This document shows positions 7,928 to 18,146 of a stretch of DNA of 64,000 bases, in pieces (the stretch's first letter is position 1; each line of letters starts with the position of its first letter). The translations under genes and the position numbers were made by a program. The notes beneath the pieces were generated by a model. It saw only the letters and a program-made list of their open reading frames with translations, searched no databases and was not told the DNA's origin. Source of the stretch: Cyclobacteriaceae bacterium (GTDB lineage Bacteria; Bacteroidota; Bacteroidia; Cytophagales; Cyclobacteriaceae); contig JBDHXU010000004.1 of NCBI GenBank assembly GCA_039810905.1, forward strand, positions 1,921-65,920, written 5' to 3'.

Positions 7928-10900
7928 ATGGCTCAACTTCCCTGGAAAAAAGTCTTGTTTGGCCTTGCGGCCTTGGGTGTCCTCCTTGCAGGCATCTTAT
8001 ATTTTCAAAACGCAGGAAGCAAGGGGCCGGCTATTGCGACAGTTAATCCTGCATTTGGCGAATATATAACATCCTATACGGCAGGGGTCGTAAGTTCCGG
8101 ATCCTCCTTCCGCATTACACTTGCCGTGGATCCGGAAGAACCAACGAGCCCGGGCGAAACGTCCGCCAGGCTCTTCGACTTCAATCCATCGTTGAAAGGA
8201 GTTACTGTCTGGCTGGACCACCGAACGGTAGAATTCAGGCCGTCAGAGCGGTTGCGGTCCGGCCAGGTTTATGAAGTTTCATTTGCACTATACCGGCTCA
8301 TCCAAGTTCCGCCTTCACTTCAGAATCTGGAATATTCGGTCCGGGTCATTCCACAGAACTTTTCACTATCGGTGGAGCGCATGAAACCATATGTCCAGAC
8401 GGAGCTGAAGCGTCAAAAGATCGAAGGACTTATTCAGACTGCGGACTTTGCACCTAATAAGGCGGTAGAGAAGATGTTGACGGCAGAACAGGCTGGGAAA
8501 ATTTTGGCTGTCAGCTGGGTGCATACGGAAGAGGGGAAACATCACAACTTCACCGTTGAAGAAGTCAGCCGCGGCGAAGGTTCCACACAAGTAAAGATTT
8601 CAGCCGATGGCAATCTACTTGGCGTTGACCAGAAAGAAGAGCAGTTGGTGGAGGTACCGGCCCTTGGCGACTTCAAAGTTATGGGCGTGAGGGTGGAGCA
8701 GGGCTCCAGTCAATTCGTAACAGTTCAATTTTCAGATCCATTGAGTGAGCGGCAGCGACTGGAAGGCCTTATCACCATCAGTGATATTCCTTCGCTGGAC
8801 TATGAAATCAGCGGGAACGAAATTCATATTTATCCGCCTGTGCGCCAAACGGGATCCAGGACGCTAACCATTGAGCCGGGCATCCGCAATATTCTTGATT
8901 ATCGAATGGCCGAGGGCGGCGTTTTTGATCTGGCCTTTGAGCAAGTGGCTCCCAGTGTCAGGTTTGTGGGGAAAGGGAGCATCCTTCCGTCGTCTGATGG
9001 CATGATTCTTCCGTTTGAGGCCGTTAATCTCAAATCGGTTGACATCAGGATCATCAGAATCTTTGAGTCCAATGTCTTACAGTTCCTGCAAGTCAACGAC
9101 CTGGAAGGAAATTCCGAACTGAGAAGAGTGGGGAAACCTTTGGTTCGTACCGTGCTTTCACTGGAGAATTCCGGCGTAACTGATCTTGGCAGGTGGAATC
9201 GCTATACCCTCGACCTTTCAAAGTATGTGCAATCAGAACCCGGCGCCATTTACCAGGTTTCAATTGGATTCCGACGTTCTTATTCAGTTTATAATTGCAG
9301 CGGCTCCGAGGCCGTATCCTCGGAGGAGCCTGAGGTTGCTGACAATTGGGATCAACCTGTGAACGAAGAAAGCGCATGGGACTCCTATGAGGATTACTAT
9401 TACAACAGTGACTATCAATGGGAGGAGAGGGATAATCCATGCAGCTCATCCTATTACACGAGCAACCGCACCGTTCGTCGTAATGTAATAGCATCCGATT
9501 TGGGACTTGCCGCCAAGTCGGGCGGTGATGGCAGCACCTACTTGTTCGTTAATAATCTTAAAACGACTGAACCGATGTCGGGCGTGCAACTGGAGTTGTA
9601 TAATTTCCAACAAGAGCTCATCGGGAGCGCCAGCACAGGGCCGGACGGGAAGGCAGTGATCATCAGTCAGCAAAACCCTTTTGTGGTCATTGCAAAGAGC
9701 GAAGCGCAACGGGGGTATCTTAGACTTGAGGACGGGCAGTCGCTCTCCCTCAGCAACTTCGATGTTGGGGGAGAGAAGGTTAACAAGGGGATCAAGGGTC
9801 TTATTTATGGTGAAAGAGGAGTATGGAGACCGGGCGATTCGCTTTACCTTACTTTTCTCCTGGAGGACAAACTGAAACTATTGCCAGAACAACATCCAGT
9901 GGTCATGGAGTTGAAGAATCCACAGGGGTTTGTGACGCAGCGACTGGTAAGATCTTCATCTGAGAATGGCTTTTACAAGTTTGCAACAGTCACATCACCT
10001 GACGCGCCAACGGGCAACTGGACTGCAAACGTAAAAGTTGGCGGAACATCTTTTACACAAACAGTTAAAATAGAGACGGTAAAACCCAACCGTTTGAAGA
10101 TTGATCTGAACTTTGGGAGAGACAGAATCACAGCCGGTAATGAAAATATTTCCGGAACATTGCAGGTAAACTGGTTGCATGGCGCACCAGGTAGAAATCT
10201 GAAGGCGGAGTTTGAAGTGTTGCTGACAGCGGGCCAGACCAGGTTTGACCGCTATCCGGATTTTGTCTTTGATGACCCAACGCGCGAAGTAACGAGCGAG
10301 GCAAGGAAAGTCTTTGAAGGTTATACCGATGATGATGGACACGCAGTAGTAAACACCACGCTTGATATGGAGGGCAATCCTCCAGGTGTAATGAATGCCA
10401 TCTTCCGCGGGAAAGTTTTTGAGGAAAGCGGCAACTTCAGCATCGACCGTTTTGTGCTGCCGTTCTATCCTTACCCGAGTTTCACAGGCATCCGTTTGCC
10501 ACAGGGTGATAAAGCCAGGGGGATGCTGCTCACCGACACCACTCATCAGGTTGAAATTGTAACTGTAGATGCAAACGGCAATGGCCTTTCGAGACCTAAT
10601 ATTGAGGTAACCATTTCGAAACTGGAATGGAGATGGTGGTGGGATAACAGTGAGGGGAATGCCAACTATATGTCCGCCGCCAATTCAACACCGGTAGCCT
10701 CAGGTAGAATCAGCACAGTTAATGGAAAGGGATCATGGTCGTTCAAAATTAAGTATCCTGAATGGGGACGGTATCTGGTTCGGGCCAGGGATATGGACTC
10801 CAATCATAGCACCGCTAAGGTGATCTATGTCGATTGGCCTGGATGGGCGGGCAGGGCACGGAATGAAGCCCAGGGCGCAACCATGCTGACTTTTGCATCA

Positions 10901-13492
10901 GACAAACCATCATACCAAATAGGAGAGAAAGCTACCCTGGTCATACCCGGCAGCGACAACGGACGCGCACTCGTCAGCATTGAAAGTGGAAGCTCTGTAT
11001 TGCAGACTTACTGGATCAACACCCACAATGGTGATAACCCTTTCACCTTTGAGGTGCTTCCAAACATGGCACCCAACGTTTATGCGCATGTCACCCTTCT
11101 CCAACCACACGCCCAGACGATCAATGATCTTCCGATGCGAATGTATGGCGTTATTCCCATAATGGTGGAGGACTCCAAAACTCATTTGGAACCTGCGATC
11201 CAAATGCCTGATGTGCTTGAACCTGGCCAGGAAGTGACGATAAAGGTTTCTGAAAAGAACAAGCGAAAAATGTCTTATACACTGGCGGTCGTGGATGAAG
11301 GGCTCCTCGATATTACCAGATACCGTACACCCGAAGTTTGGTCCCGGTTCTATGCAAGGGAGGCATTGGGAGTAAAGACTTGGGACCTTTATGACGAAGT
11401 CATGGGTGCGTTTGGCGGCAAGGTGGAGCGACTACTTGCTATCGGGGGAGACATGATGCTTAAAGCCAGCCAGGATGATGCGAGAACGAACCGCTTTAAA
11501 CCTGTGGTGAAATTCCTGGGTCCTTTTACGCTGGATGGAGGGGAACAGACCCACCGTTTTATTATGCCTTCCTACATCGGTAGTGTCAAAACAATGTTAG
11601 TGGCAGGCTATCAGGGTGCCTATGGCACCGCCGAGAAAACCACTCCCGTCAGAAAGCCACTCATGGTATTGGCCACACTGCCCAGGGTACTTGGGCCAGA
11701 AGAGAAGGTATCGTTGCCGGTTACACTTTTCACAATGGAAAAGGGTATAAAAAATGTGAAGGTTGAAATCAAGGTTACTGGTCCGGTATCTGTGGCAGGA
11801 GAATCAAGCAGATCGGTGACTATGGACCGCGACAATCTGACAACCGACTTTGACCTCGCAGTAAAAAGTGAAACAGGATCAGTCCATATTGAGGTCTATG
11901 CCAGTTCAGGTGCATGGAAGGCTGCTGATGCCATAGACCTTGAGGTGCGTAACCCTAATCCGCCTGTCACCAGTGTGACCGAAGCGCTATTGGAGAATGG
12001 AAAGTCATGGTCGGGCAATATAACTCCGGTAGGTCTGGCCGGCACCAATTCAGCAGTACTGGAAATATCTACATTGCCGGCTATCAACCTCGGACAACGG
12101 CTGAGGTATCTGATGGAGTATCCTCATGGCTGTATTGAACAGACCACGTCAGCGGTATTTGCACAATTGTACCTGGATCAGGTGAAGTCTTTGTCAAATG
12201 AAGAGAAGGCAAGCATCCAGAACAACGTAAAGGCAGCGGTTGAGCGCATTAAGTTGTTTGTAACCAGAGATGGCGGTTTTTCCTATTGGCCCGGGAACGA
12301 AGATTCAGACAGCTGGGGTTCTACCTATGCAGGGCACTTCCTTCTTGAGGCCGAGGCAAAAGGTTATTTCATACCGAATGAGATGCTGCGCAGATGGAAG
12401 AAATACCAGCGTACAAAATCATTGGATTGGAGGAAGAATCGTGAACGTCAAAGCAGTGAACTTATTCAGGCCTATCGCTTATACACCCTGGCACTGGCAG
12501 GGGATCCGGATATTGCGTCCATGAACAGGATGCGCGAGGCTGGTAACCTGCCGCTAACTGCAGCGTGGATGCTGGTGGCTACCTACGCCAAAGCCGGCCA
12601 GGCTGAGACGGCCAGGACGCTGGCATCCGATCTGGCGACAAGCGTGAAACCTTATTCCGAATTGGCTGGATCATACGGCTCAGACATACGCGACAAGGCC
12701 ATCATACTCGAAACACTTCTTTTGCTAAACGAAAGACCCAAGGCATTTGAACTTGTGAAGGACATTTCACAGGCGTTGAGCAACACGAACTATTGGATGA
12801 GCACACAGGCTACTGCCTGGTCTCTCAAATCGGTCAGTCAATTTGCCGCAGGAGAGAAGCGGGGCCCCCTCAAGTTCAACTATAGTTGGTACGGAAAGAC
12901 TGTGACTGCTGTCACTGACCTTCCAATGGCACAAGTACCGATTACCATCGAGGGTAACAAGATGGGGGCTTTGTCCATTGAAAGTCAGACGCTGGGACCA
13001 TTGTTTGTAAGGATCATCTTGCAAGGGACACCGGCAAGAGGGTTGGAGCAGGAGGCAAAAAACAACCTGGCGATGGACATTTCATACAGCAAAAGTGACG
13101 GAAGCTATCTTGATCCCTTCAGGCTGCAGCAGGGAGATGAATTTATTGCGACAGTGACGGTTAGTAATCCAGGGTTAAAGGGTGATTATCGAAACATGGT
13201 GTTACAACAGATTTTCCCATCCGGCTGGGAAATCAATAATCTTCGCCTGGAAGAGGCGGAAGACAGGCTTCTCGGTGACAAGCCGAATTATCAGGATATC
13301 CGGGATGATCGGGTCTACACCTATTTCGATTTGCCGGCTGCCCAAAGAGTAATTTATCGCGTGATGCTCACTGCCAGCTATGCCGGAAGCTACTATTTGC
13401 CGGCTGTAAGTTGCGAGGCAATGTATGACAGGTCCATTTACTCCCGCACGCGAGGTCAAACGGTTGACGTGGTGAAGAAATTGATACCTTAA
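7928..13492 (+). CDS. Bacterial alpha-2-macroglobulin family protein
   Basis: ERGVWRPGD (MG2), AVVDEG, thioester YPHGCIEQ, DIRDDR and EAMYD motifs; N-terminal hydrophobic anchor; pbpC downstream. Confidence 0.95.
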   Translation: MAQLPWKKVLFGLAALGVLLAGILYFQNAGSKGPAIATVNPAFGEYITSYTAGVVSSGSSFRITLAVDPEEPTSPGETSARLFDFNPSLKGVTVWLDHRTVEFRPSERLRSGQVYEVSFALYRLIQVPPSLQNLEYSVRVIPQNFSLSVERMKPYVQTELKRQKIEGLIQTADFAPNKAVEKMLTAEQAGKILAVSWVHTEEGKHHNFTVEEVSRGEGSTQVKISADGNLLGVDQKEEQLVEVPALGDFKVMGVRVEQGSSQFVTVQFSDPLSERQRLEGLITISDIPSLDYEISGNEIHIYPPVRQTGSRTLTIEPGIRNILDYRMAEGGVFDLAFEQVAPSVRFVGKGSILPSSDGMILPFEAVNLKSVDIRIIRIFESNVLQFLQVNDLEGNSELRRVGKPLVRTVLSLENSGVTDLGRWNRYTLDLSKYVQSEPGAIYQVSIGFRRSYSVYNCSGSEAVSSEEPEVADNWDQPVNEESAWDSYEDYYYNSDYQWEERDNPCSSSYYTSNRTVRRNVIASDLGLAAKSGGDGSTYLFVNNLKTTEPMSGVQLELYNFQQELIGSASTGPDGKAVIISQQNPFVVIAKSEAQRGYLRLEDGQSLSLSNFDVGGEKVNKGIKGLIYGERGVWRPGDSLYLTFLLEDKLKLLPEQHPVVMELKNPQGFVTQRLVRSSSENGFYKFATVTSPDAPTGNWTANVKVGGTSFTQTVKIETVKPNRLKIDLNFGRDRITAGNENISGTLQVNWLHGAPGRNLKAEFEVLLTAGQTRFDRYPDFVFDDPTREVTSEARKVFEGYTDDDGHAVVNTTLDMEGNPPGVMNAIFRGKVFEESGNFSIDRFVLPFYPYPSFTGIRLPQGDKARGMLLTDTTHQVEIVTVDANGNGLSRPNIEVTISKLEWRWWWDNSEGNANYMSAANSTPVASGRISTVNGKGSWSFKIKYPEWGRYLVRARDMDSNHSTAKVIYVDWPGWAGRARNEAQGATMLTFASDKPSYQIGEKATLVIPGSDNGRALVSIESGSSVLQTYWINTHNGDNPFTFEVLPNMAPNVYAHVTLLQPHAQTINDLPMRMYGVIPIMVEDSKTHLEPAIQMPDVLEPGQEVTIKVSEKNKRKMSYTLAVVDEGLLDITRYRTPEVWSRFYAREALGVKTWDLYDEVMGAFGGKVERLLAIGGDMMLKASQDDARTNRFKPVVKFLGPFTLDGGEQTHRFIMPSYIGSVKTMLVAGYQGAYGTAEKTTPVRKPLMVLATLPRVLGPEEKVSLPVTLFTMEKGIKNVKVEIKVTGPVSVAGESSRSVTMDRDNLTTDFDLAVKSETGSVHIEVYASSGAWKAADAIDLEVRNPNPPVTSVTEALLENGKSWSGNITPVGLAGTNSAVLEISTLPAINLGQRLRYLMEYPHGCIEQTTSAVFAQLYLDQVKSLSNEEKASIQNNVKAAVERIKLFVTRDGGFSYWPGNEDSDSWGSTYAGHFLLEAEAKGYFIPNEMLRRWKKYQRTKSLDWRKNRERQSSELIQAYRLYTLALAGDPDIASMNRMREAGNLPLTAAWMLVATYAKAGQAETARTLASDLATSVKPYSELAGSYGSDIRDKAIILETLLLLNERPKAFELVKDISQALSNTNYWMSTQATAWSLKSVSQFAAGEKRGPLKFNYSWYGKTVTAVTDLPMAQVPITIEGNKMGALSIESQTLGPLFVRIILQGTPARGLEQEAKNNLAMDISYSKSDGSYLDPFRLQQGDEFIATVTVSNPGLKGDYRNMVLQQIFPSGWEINNLRLEEAEDRLLGDKPNYQDIRDDRVYTYFDLPAAQRVIYRVMLTASYAGSYYLPAVSCEAMYDRSIYSRTRGQTVDVVKKLIP

Positions 13493-13494
13493 AT

Positions 13495-14154
13495 ATGGGC
13501 TGGTTTTCAGGTGCGGACAAGGATCCTCGTTATGTCGACAGAGTTTGGAAAACAGAAGAGGAAAGTTACAAAGGATTGGCTAAGGCAATTCTTATAGCAT
13601 TGAAAGAAAACCGTCTGCCGGTCATCATCTCGTTCTTTCCTGTTGACCGACAGCGGGTGGAAAGATTTCTGTCGGACCTTCATGTTCCATTGGTGAGCGT
13701 TGCAGATGAGACTCACGCAATTTCGCGGGCAGCACTTGTAGCCTATTCTTTTGGTGGACGTGATGTGCTGCGCTGGCGTTCTTTGCAGTCGTTACTGCAA
13801 AAAGAAGCATTAAGTCAGCAGGGCCTGGCGGTTTTTTTCACAACTCATAATACGGATATGTCTGCTGAGCAGGAATTGCTGAAATTGTTTAGGGGCCGCA
13901 AGGATAATCCTGTTGAGCTCGTCTTTTGCCTTCATCTTCAATCTCCTTTGCTGCGGCAATTTAGTGCGAATAACATCTTAGATATGATGGAGAAGCTTGG
14001 GATGAAAGATGATGACTTTGTCGAGCATCCTCTAGTTACGTCTGCAATCAATCGCGCAAGGCAAAAGATAGCTAAACAAGTGTTAGTCGGTAAAAACGCC
14101 GATTCCGAAAAGGAATGGTTTGATAAAAATGTTGGTCCTGGCCAACCCAACTGA
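13495..14154 (+). CDS. Hypothetical protein resembling the isolated second RecA-like domain (NBD2) of SecA
   Basis: By-eye colinearity with SecA: DRVWKT, GLAVFFT and FCLHLQSPLLRQFSANNILDMMEKLGM...VTSAINRARQKI. Confidence 0.65.
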   Translation: MGWFSGADKDPRYVDRVWKTEEESYKGLAKAILIALKENRLPVIISFFPVDRQRVERFLSDLHVPLVSVADETHAISRAALVAYSFGGRDVLRWRSLQSLLQKEALSQQGLAVFFTTHNTDMSAEQELLKLFRGRKDNPVELVFCLHLQSPLLRQFSANNILDMMEKLGMKDDDFVEHPLVTSAINRARQKIAKQVLVGKNADSEKEWFDKNVGPGQPN

Positions 14155-14183
14155 TTCTTTGCTAATTTTACGTTTTGCACCCT

Positions 14184-15194
14184 ATGGCAACCAAAGAAAA
14201 TTTTCGTTTTTCCAATGCACCGGAACCTCATCGCGCCAGGACCCGTGAGATCATGGTGAAGCACCCTGAAGTGAAGACCCTGATCTCCAGAAACCCCCTC
14301 ACCATGATCATAATCCTCCTTCTGGTGGGCATGATGGTGGCCGGAGCATGGCTGGTAAGCGGCTCATCTTGGTGGATTGTACTGGCGGCTGCCTGGCTGG
14401 GAGGCGCCTTTATCAATCACGCGCTCTTTGTAATGATCCACGAGTGTACCCATCATCTTCTTTTCAAGAATAAGAGCCTCAATCTTGTGGCTGCCATTGT
14501 CGCCAATTTGCCACATACCCTGCCCAGTGCCATTTCCTTTGTCCGCTACCATATAAAGCATCATGCGTTCCAGGGAGTACATGAACTTGACGGAGACCTC
14601 CCCGATTATTGGGAGGCCAAACTCATTAATCATTCCCTCATCGGGAAGGCATTGTGGTTGTTATTCTTTCCGGTATTTCAAACCATACGTGTCGCCCGCC
14701 TCAAAGAGATCAAGCCTGTTGATGGATGGATCGTCGCGAATTGGATTGTTCAGATAGCCTTTGACGTGGCAATCTGGACACTCTTTGGACCCAAGGCCTT
14801 CTTCTTCCTTCTCTTCAGTTTCTTCTTTTCTGTAGGCCTTCATCCGCTTGGAGCGAGGTGGATACAGGAGCACTATCTCACTCTTGATGAGCAGCAGGAG
14901 ACGTACAGCTATTATGGCCCCCTCAACACCGTGGCATTCAATGTGGGATATCACAATGAACATCATGATTTCCCTTCGGTTCCATGGAACCGTTTGCCCG
15001 ACCTGAAGAGACTGGCGCCCGAATATTATGACTCATTGAAGGCGCATTATTCGTGGACTAAACTTTGGCTCCGGTTTCTTTTTGATAACCGTATCTCACT
15101 ATTCCTGCGCATTGTGCGCAATGAAAGAGGAAAGGTGGCGCTATCCGACGAATCCAAACCTGATGCGGATCTTGTTACAGCAAAAGGATTCTGA
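14184..15194 (+). CDS. Fatty acid desaturase, sphingolipid delta4-desaturase/C4-hydroxylase (DEGS) type
   Basis: His boxes HECTH, HIKHH and HNEHH; DEGS-like N-terminus FRFSNAPEPHRARTREIMVKHPEVKTL; ETYSYYGPLN. Confidence 0.85.
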   Translation: MATKENFRFSNAPEPHRARTREIMVKHPEVKTLISRNPLTMIIILLLVGMMVAGAWLVSGSSWWIVLAAAWLGGAFINHALFVMIHECTHHLLFKNKSLNLVAAIVANLPHTLPSAISFVRYHIKHHAFQGVHELDGDLPDYWEAKLINHSLIGKALWLLFFPVFQTIRVARLKEIKPVDGWIVANWIVQIAFDVAIWTLFGPKAFFFLLFSFFFSVGLHPLGARWIQEHYLTLDEQQETYSYYGPLNTVAFNVGYHNEHHDFPSVPWNRLPDLKRLAPEYYDSLKAHYSWTKLWLRFLFDNRISLFLRIVRNERGKVALSDESKPDADLVTAKGF

Positions 15195-15200
15195 CAGTTT

Positions 15201-15650
15201 ATGCGACTTATTGTTTTTGTCTCCATTCTTTTGATTCCCCTTCTCGCGGAAGGACAGTCCCGCGATGAAGAGGCAGTGGCATCACTTTCCAAAAGGAAAT
15301 TCCAATGGCTGATTAATAAAAATGAAGATTCGCTTCGTGCTCTGGCGGATGAACGGCTGCAGTACATTCATTCAAATGGCTGGATACAGAACAAACATGA
15401 CTTACTTGAAGACCTTAAGTCGGGTAGGTTGAACTATCAAAAGGTAACGGTCAAGGAGTCTGCCGTAAGAATTTTTCCGGAAAGCAGCAAAGGGGGTCAG
15501 CAGACCGCCATAGTAGCCGGTACCGGAACATTTGAGGGGATTACGGAAGGCAAGTCATTTACCATGGACTTGCGATACACAGAGGTGTATATACGGGACC
15601 AGAAAAATATCTGGAGGCTGGTATCGCGCCATGCCAACCGGATGCCATGA
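15201..15650 (+). CDS. Secreted NTF2-like (DUF4440-type) protein
   Basis: Signal peptide; YIHSNG, YTEVY and WRLVSRH patterns. Confidence 0.75.
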   Translation: MRLIVFVSILLIPLLAEGQSRDEEAVASLSKRKFQWLINKNEDSLRALADERLQYIHSNGWIQNKHDLLEDLKSGRLNYQKVTVKESAVRIFPESSKGGQQTAIVAGTGTFEGITEGKSFTMDLRYTEVYIRDQKNIWRLVSRHANRMP

Positions 15651-18016
15651 TCGCACTTCCGACAAAAGGGAGACTTATATGGACAAGCCTTTTGCTGACC
15701 ACTGTATTGGGTTACTACTTATGTCTTCCTTCTGACCTCTTTCTCAGACCCTTTAGTACAGTATTAAAAGACCGCAACGGACAACTTCTGTCCGCAGCGA
15801 TTGCAAGTGACGGTCAATGGCGGTTTCCATCAGCCTCAGGTGTCCCTTTTAAGTTTGCCAAAGCACTAATAACCTTTGAGGACAAACGCTACATGAACCA
15901 CTGGGGCATTGACTTCCTGGCCATGGGCAGAGCCATCCGGCAAAACATGCAGGCCGGTCATGTGGTCAGTGGTGGCAGTACTTTGACGATGCAGGTCATC
16001 AGGCTATCCAGAGTGGGGCGAAAGCGAAATGTGTGGAACAAACTCACAGAGATACTGCTGTCAACGAGACTGGAATTTCGGTACAACAAAGACGAAATTC
16101 TGGCACTCTATGCAGCACATGCTCCATTCGGGGGAAATGTAGTTGGACTCGAGGCTGCATGTTGGCGGTATTTCGGGCGTGATCCTATGGATCTCTCCTG
16201 GTCGGAAGCAGCCTTGCTGGCTGTGCTGCCAAACAATCCTTCACTGATAAACCTCTCCAGGAATCGTCCGGTTCTCATGAAAAAGAGAAACGGATTATTG
16301 ACGCGATTGTATCAACAGGGTGCACTTGATTCACTTACCTTGCACTTGTCGCTTGCCGAACCCGTACCTGAATCACCGATTCCTCTTCCAAGGAATGCAG
16401 CTCATCTTCTAAGCAGAAGCATTAAGGATGGGTTGGAAGGTCGGCAAATTATGTCGACCCTCGATGCAGCTTTGCAGGTGCGTATAAGTGACATGGTTCA
16501 TTCCTGGCAGGAACACCTGAGTGGCAATCAGATTTTCAATGCTGCAGCTTTAGTAATGGATGTACGAACGGGTGCCGTGCTGGCATACGTGGGGAATACC
16601 TTGTCGGGCGTTCAGCATCAGGAAGATGTTGATATGGTCCGGGCGCGAAGGAGTACAGGAAGCATTCTCAAGCCATTTCTCTATGCTGCGATGCTCGATG
16701 AAGGAAAGCTGCTCCCCGCTGCGCTGGTCAGTGACATACCGGTATTGATCAATGGGTATGAGCCAAAGAACTTTTCGAGAAAGTATGATGGTGTGATACC
16801 AGCTGACAAGGCGTTAATCCATTCATTAAACATACCGGCTGTGCAGGAACTTCGTGAATACAGGTATGAGAAGTTTCATGGCCTGTTGAAATCACTCGGA
16901 TTGAGCACCCTTGACAAGGGCCCCGATCATTACGGACTTTCTCTGATTCTGGGCGGTGCTGAAGGAACCTTGTGGGATCTCACTGGGATGTATGCTTCTT
17001 GCAGCCGCACACTTCTCCGCTACTTTGAAGTCCCTGGAAACGAACGATATGTCACGACTGATATACATCCTCCCGTTTTTCAGTTGCAGGATGCCTCTTT
17101 AGAAGACAGTACCGGGCATCGCTCAGTTTCATCTCCCTTGAGTGCAGCCTCTATCTGGTCTGCCTGGGAGGCGCTAAAGGAGATGCGCCGGCCTGGCGAA
17201 GAAACGGGCTGGTATAACTTTTCAAGCAAGCAGCCCATCGCCTGGAAAACAGGCACCAGTTTCGGCCTGCGGGATGGCTGGGCGATCGGTGTTACTCCAG
17301 GATACGCGGTGGGAGTGTGGACCGGCAATGCCGACGGTGAGGGAAGGCCTGGGCTCACCGGAACAGAAGCCGCTGCACCCCTGATGTTCAATATCTTTTC
17401 GGTGCTTCCTGGTCAGGGTTGGTTTAACTGCCCTTCTTCTGAAATGACCAGGCTACGGGTTTGCGCCATAACTGGATACAAAGCTTCAAGCAATTGCGAA
17501 ACAATTGATTCTGTTCTTGTGCCATTACCGGGTTTATCAACGCGAATTTGTTCTTTTCATAAGAAACTTCACTTGACAAAAGACCATCGATTCAGGGTTC
17601 ATGCAGACTGTGCAAAACCCAATGAAATGACAGACGCAAATTGGTTTGTACTCCCACCCATTCAGGAATTCTATTTCCGACAACATCACCTTGATTATAA
17701 ACCTTTGCCGCCATATCGTAAGGGTTGTGCAGATCCGGCTATGGTAACTTCAATGGACATCATTTATCCCCGGCCGCTTGCAAAGATTTATCTTCCTGTA
17801 CAGTTGGATGGTTCTCCTTCAGCAATGGTTGTTCAGTTAACGCATAGGAATGAAAGTACCACTGTCTTCTGGCATTTAGACGGTTTCTATTTGGGATCAA
17901 CCAGGGGCCTTCATGAATTAGCTATTAGTCCGGAATCCGGCGATCATATTCTCACCCTTGTGGACAGCTATGGCGAAACGATTGATAGAAGGTTTAGTGT
18001 GTTGTCTCCAAAATGA
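15647..18016 (+). CDS. pbpC: Penicillin-binding protein 1C
   Basis: Transglycosylase EDKRY and GGSTLTMQ; transpeptidase GSILKP, SLN and KTGT; C-terminal FWHLDG; linked to alpha-2-macroglobulin. Confidence 0.95.
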   Translation: MIALPTKGRLIWTSLLLTTVLGYYLCLPSDLFLRPFSTVLKDRNGQLLSAAIASDGQWRFPSASGVPFKFAKALITFEDKRYMNHWGIDFLAMGRAIRQNMQAGHVVSGGSTLTMQVIRLSRVGRKRNVWNKLTEILLSTRLEFRYNKDEILALYAAHAPFGGNVVGLEAACWRYFGRDPMDLSWSEAALLAVLPNNPSLINLSRNRPVLMKKRNGLLTRLYQQGALDSLTLHLSLAEPVPESPIPLPRNAAHLLSRSIKDGLEGRQIMSTLDAALQVRISDMVHSWQEHLSGNQIFNAAALVMDVRTGAVLAYVGNTLSGVQHQEDVDMVRARRSTGSILKPFLYAAMLDEGKLLPAALVSDIPVLINGYEPKNFSRKYDGVIPADKALIHSLNIPAVQELREYRYEKFHGLLKSLGLSTLDKGPDHYGLSLILGGAEGTLWDLTGMYASCSRTLLRYFEVPGNERYVTTDIHPPVFQLQDASLEDSTGHRSVSSPLSAASIWSAWEALKEMRRPGEETGWYNFSSKQPIAWKTGTSFGLRDGWAIGVTPGYAVGVWTGNADGEGRPGLTGTEAAAPLMFNIFSVLPGQGWFNCPSSEMTRLRVCAITGYKASSNCETIDSVLVPLPGLSTRICSFHKKLHLTKDHRFRVHADCAKPNEMTDANWFVLPPIQEFYFRQHHLDYKPLPPYRKGCADPAMVTSMDIIYPRPLAKIYLPVQLDGSPSAMVVQLTHRNESTTVFWHLDGFYLGSTRGLHELAISPESGDHILTLVDSYGETIDRRFSVLSPK

Positions 18017-18146
18017 GTGATTAGAAATTCAGCGTTTACCCTAAAATGGAACCAATTGTGCCAATTGATGTAATATTTAAGGGGAAATTGAATAAATTTA
18101 AAGGTGATGTCATACAATCTTTGTACTACACCTAATTTTTTCGTCT

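Noticed and set aside
13495-14154. secA pseudogene
   Set aside because: Intact ORF with its own N- and C-termini and no flanking secA fragments; more consistent with a derived gene
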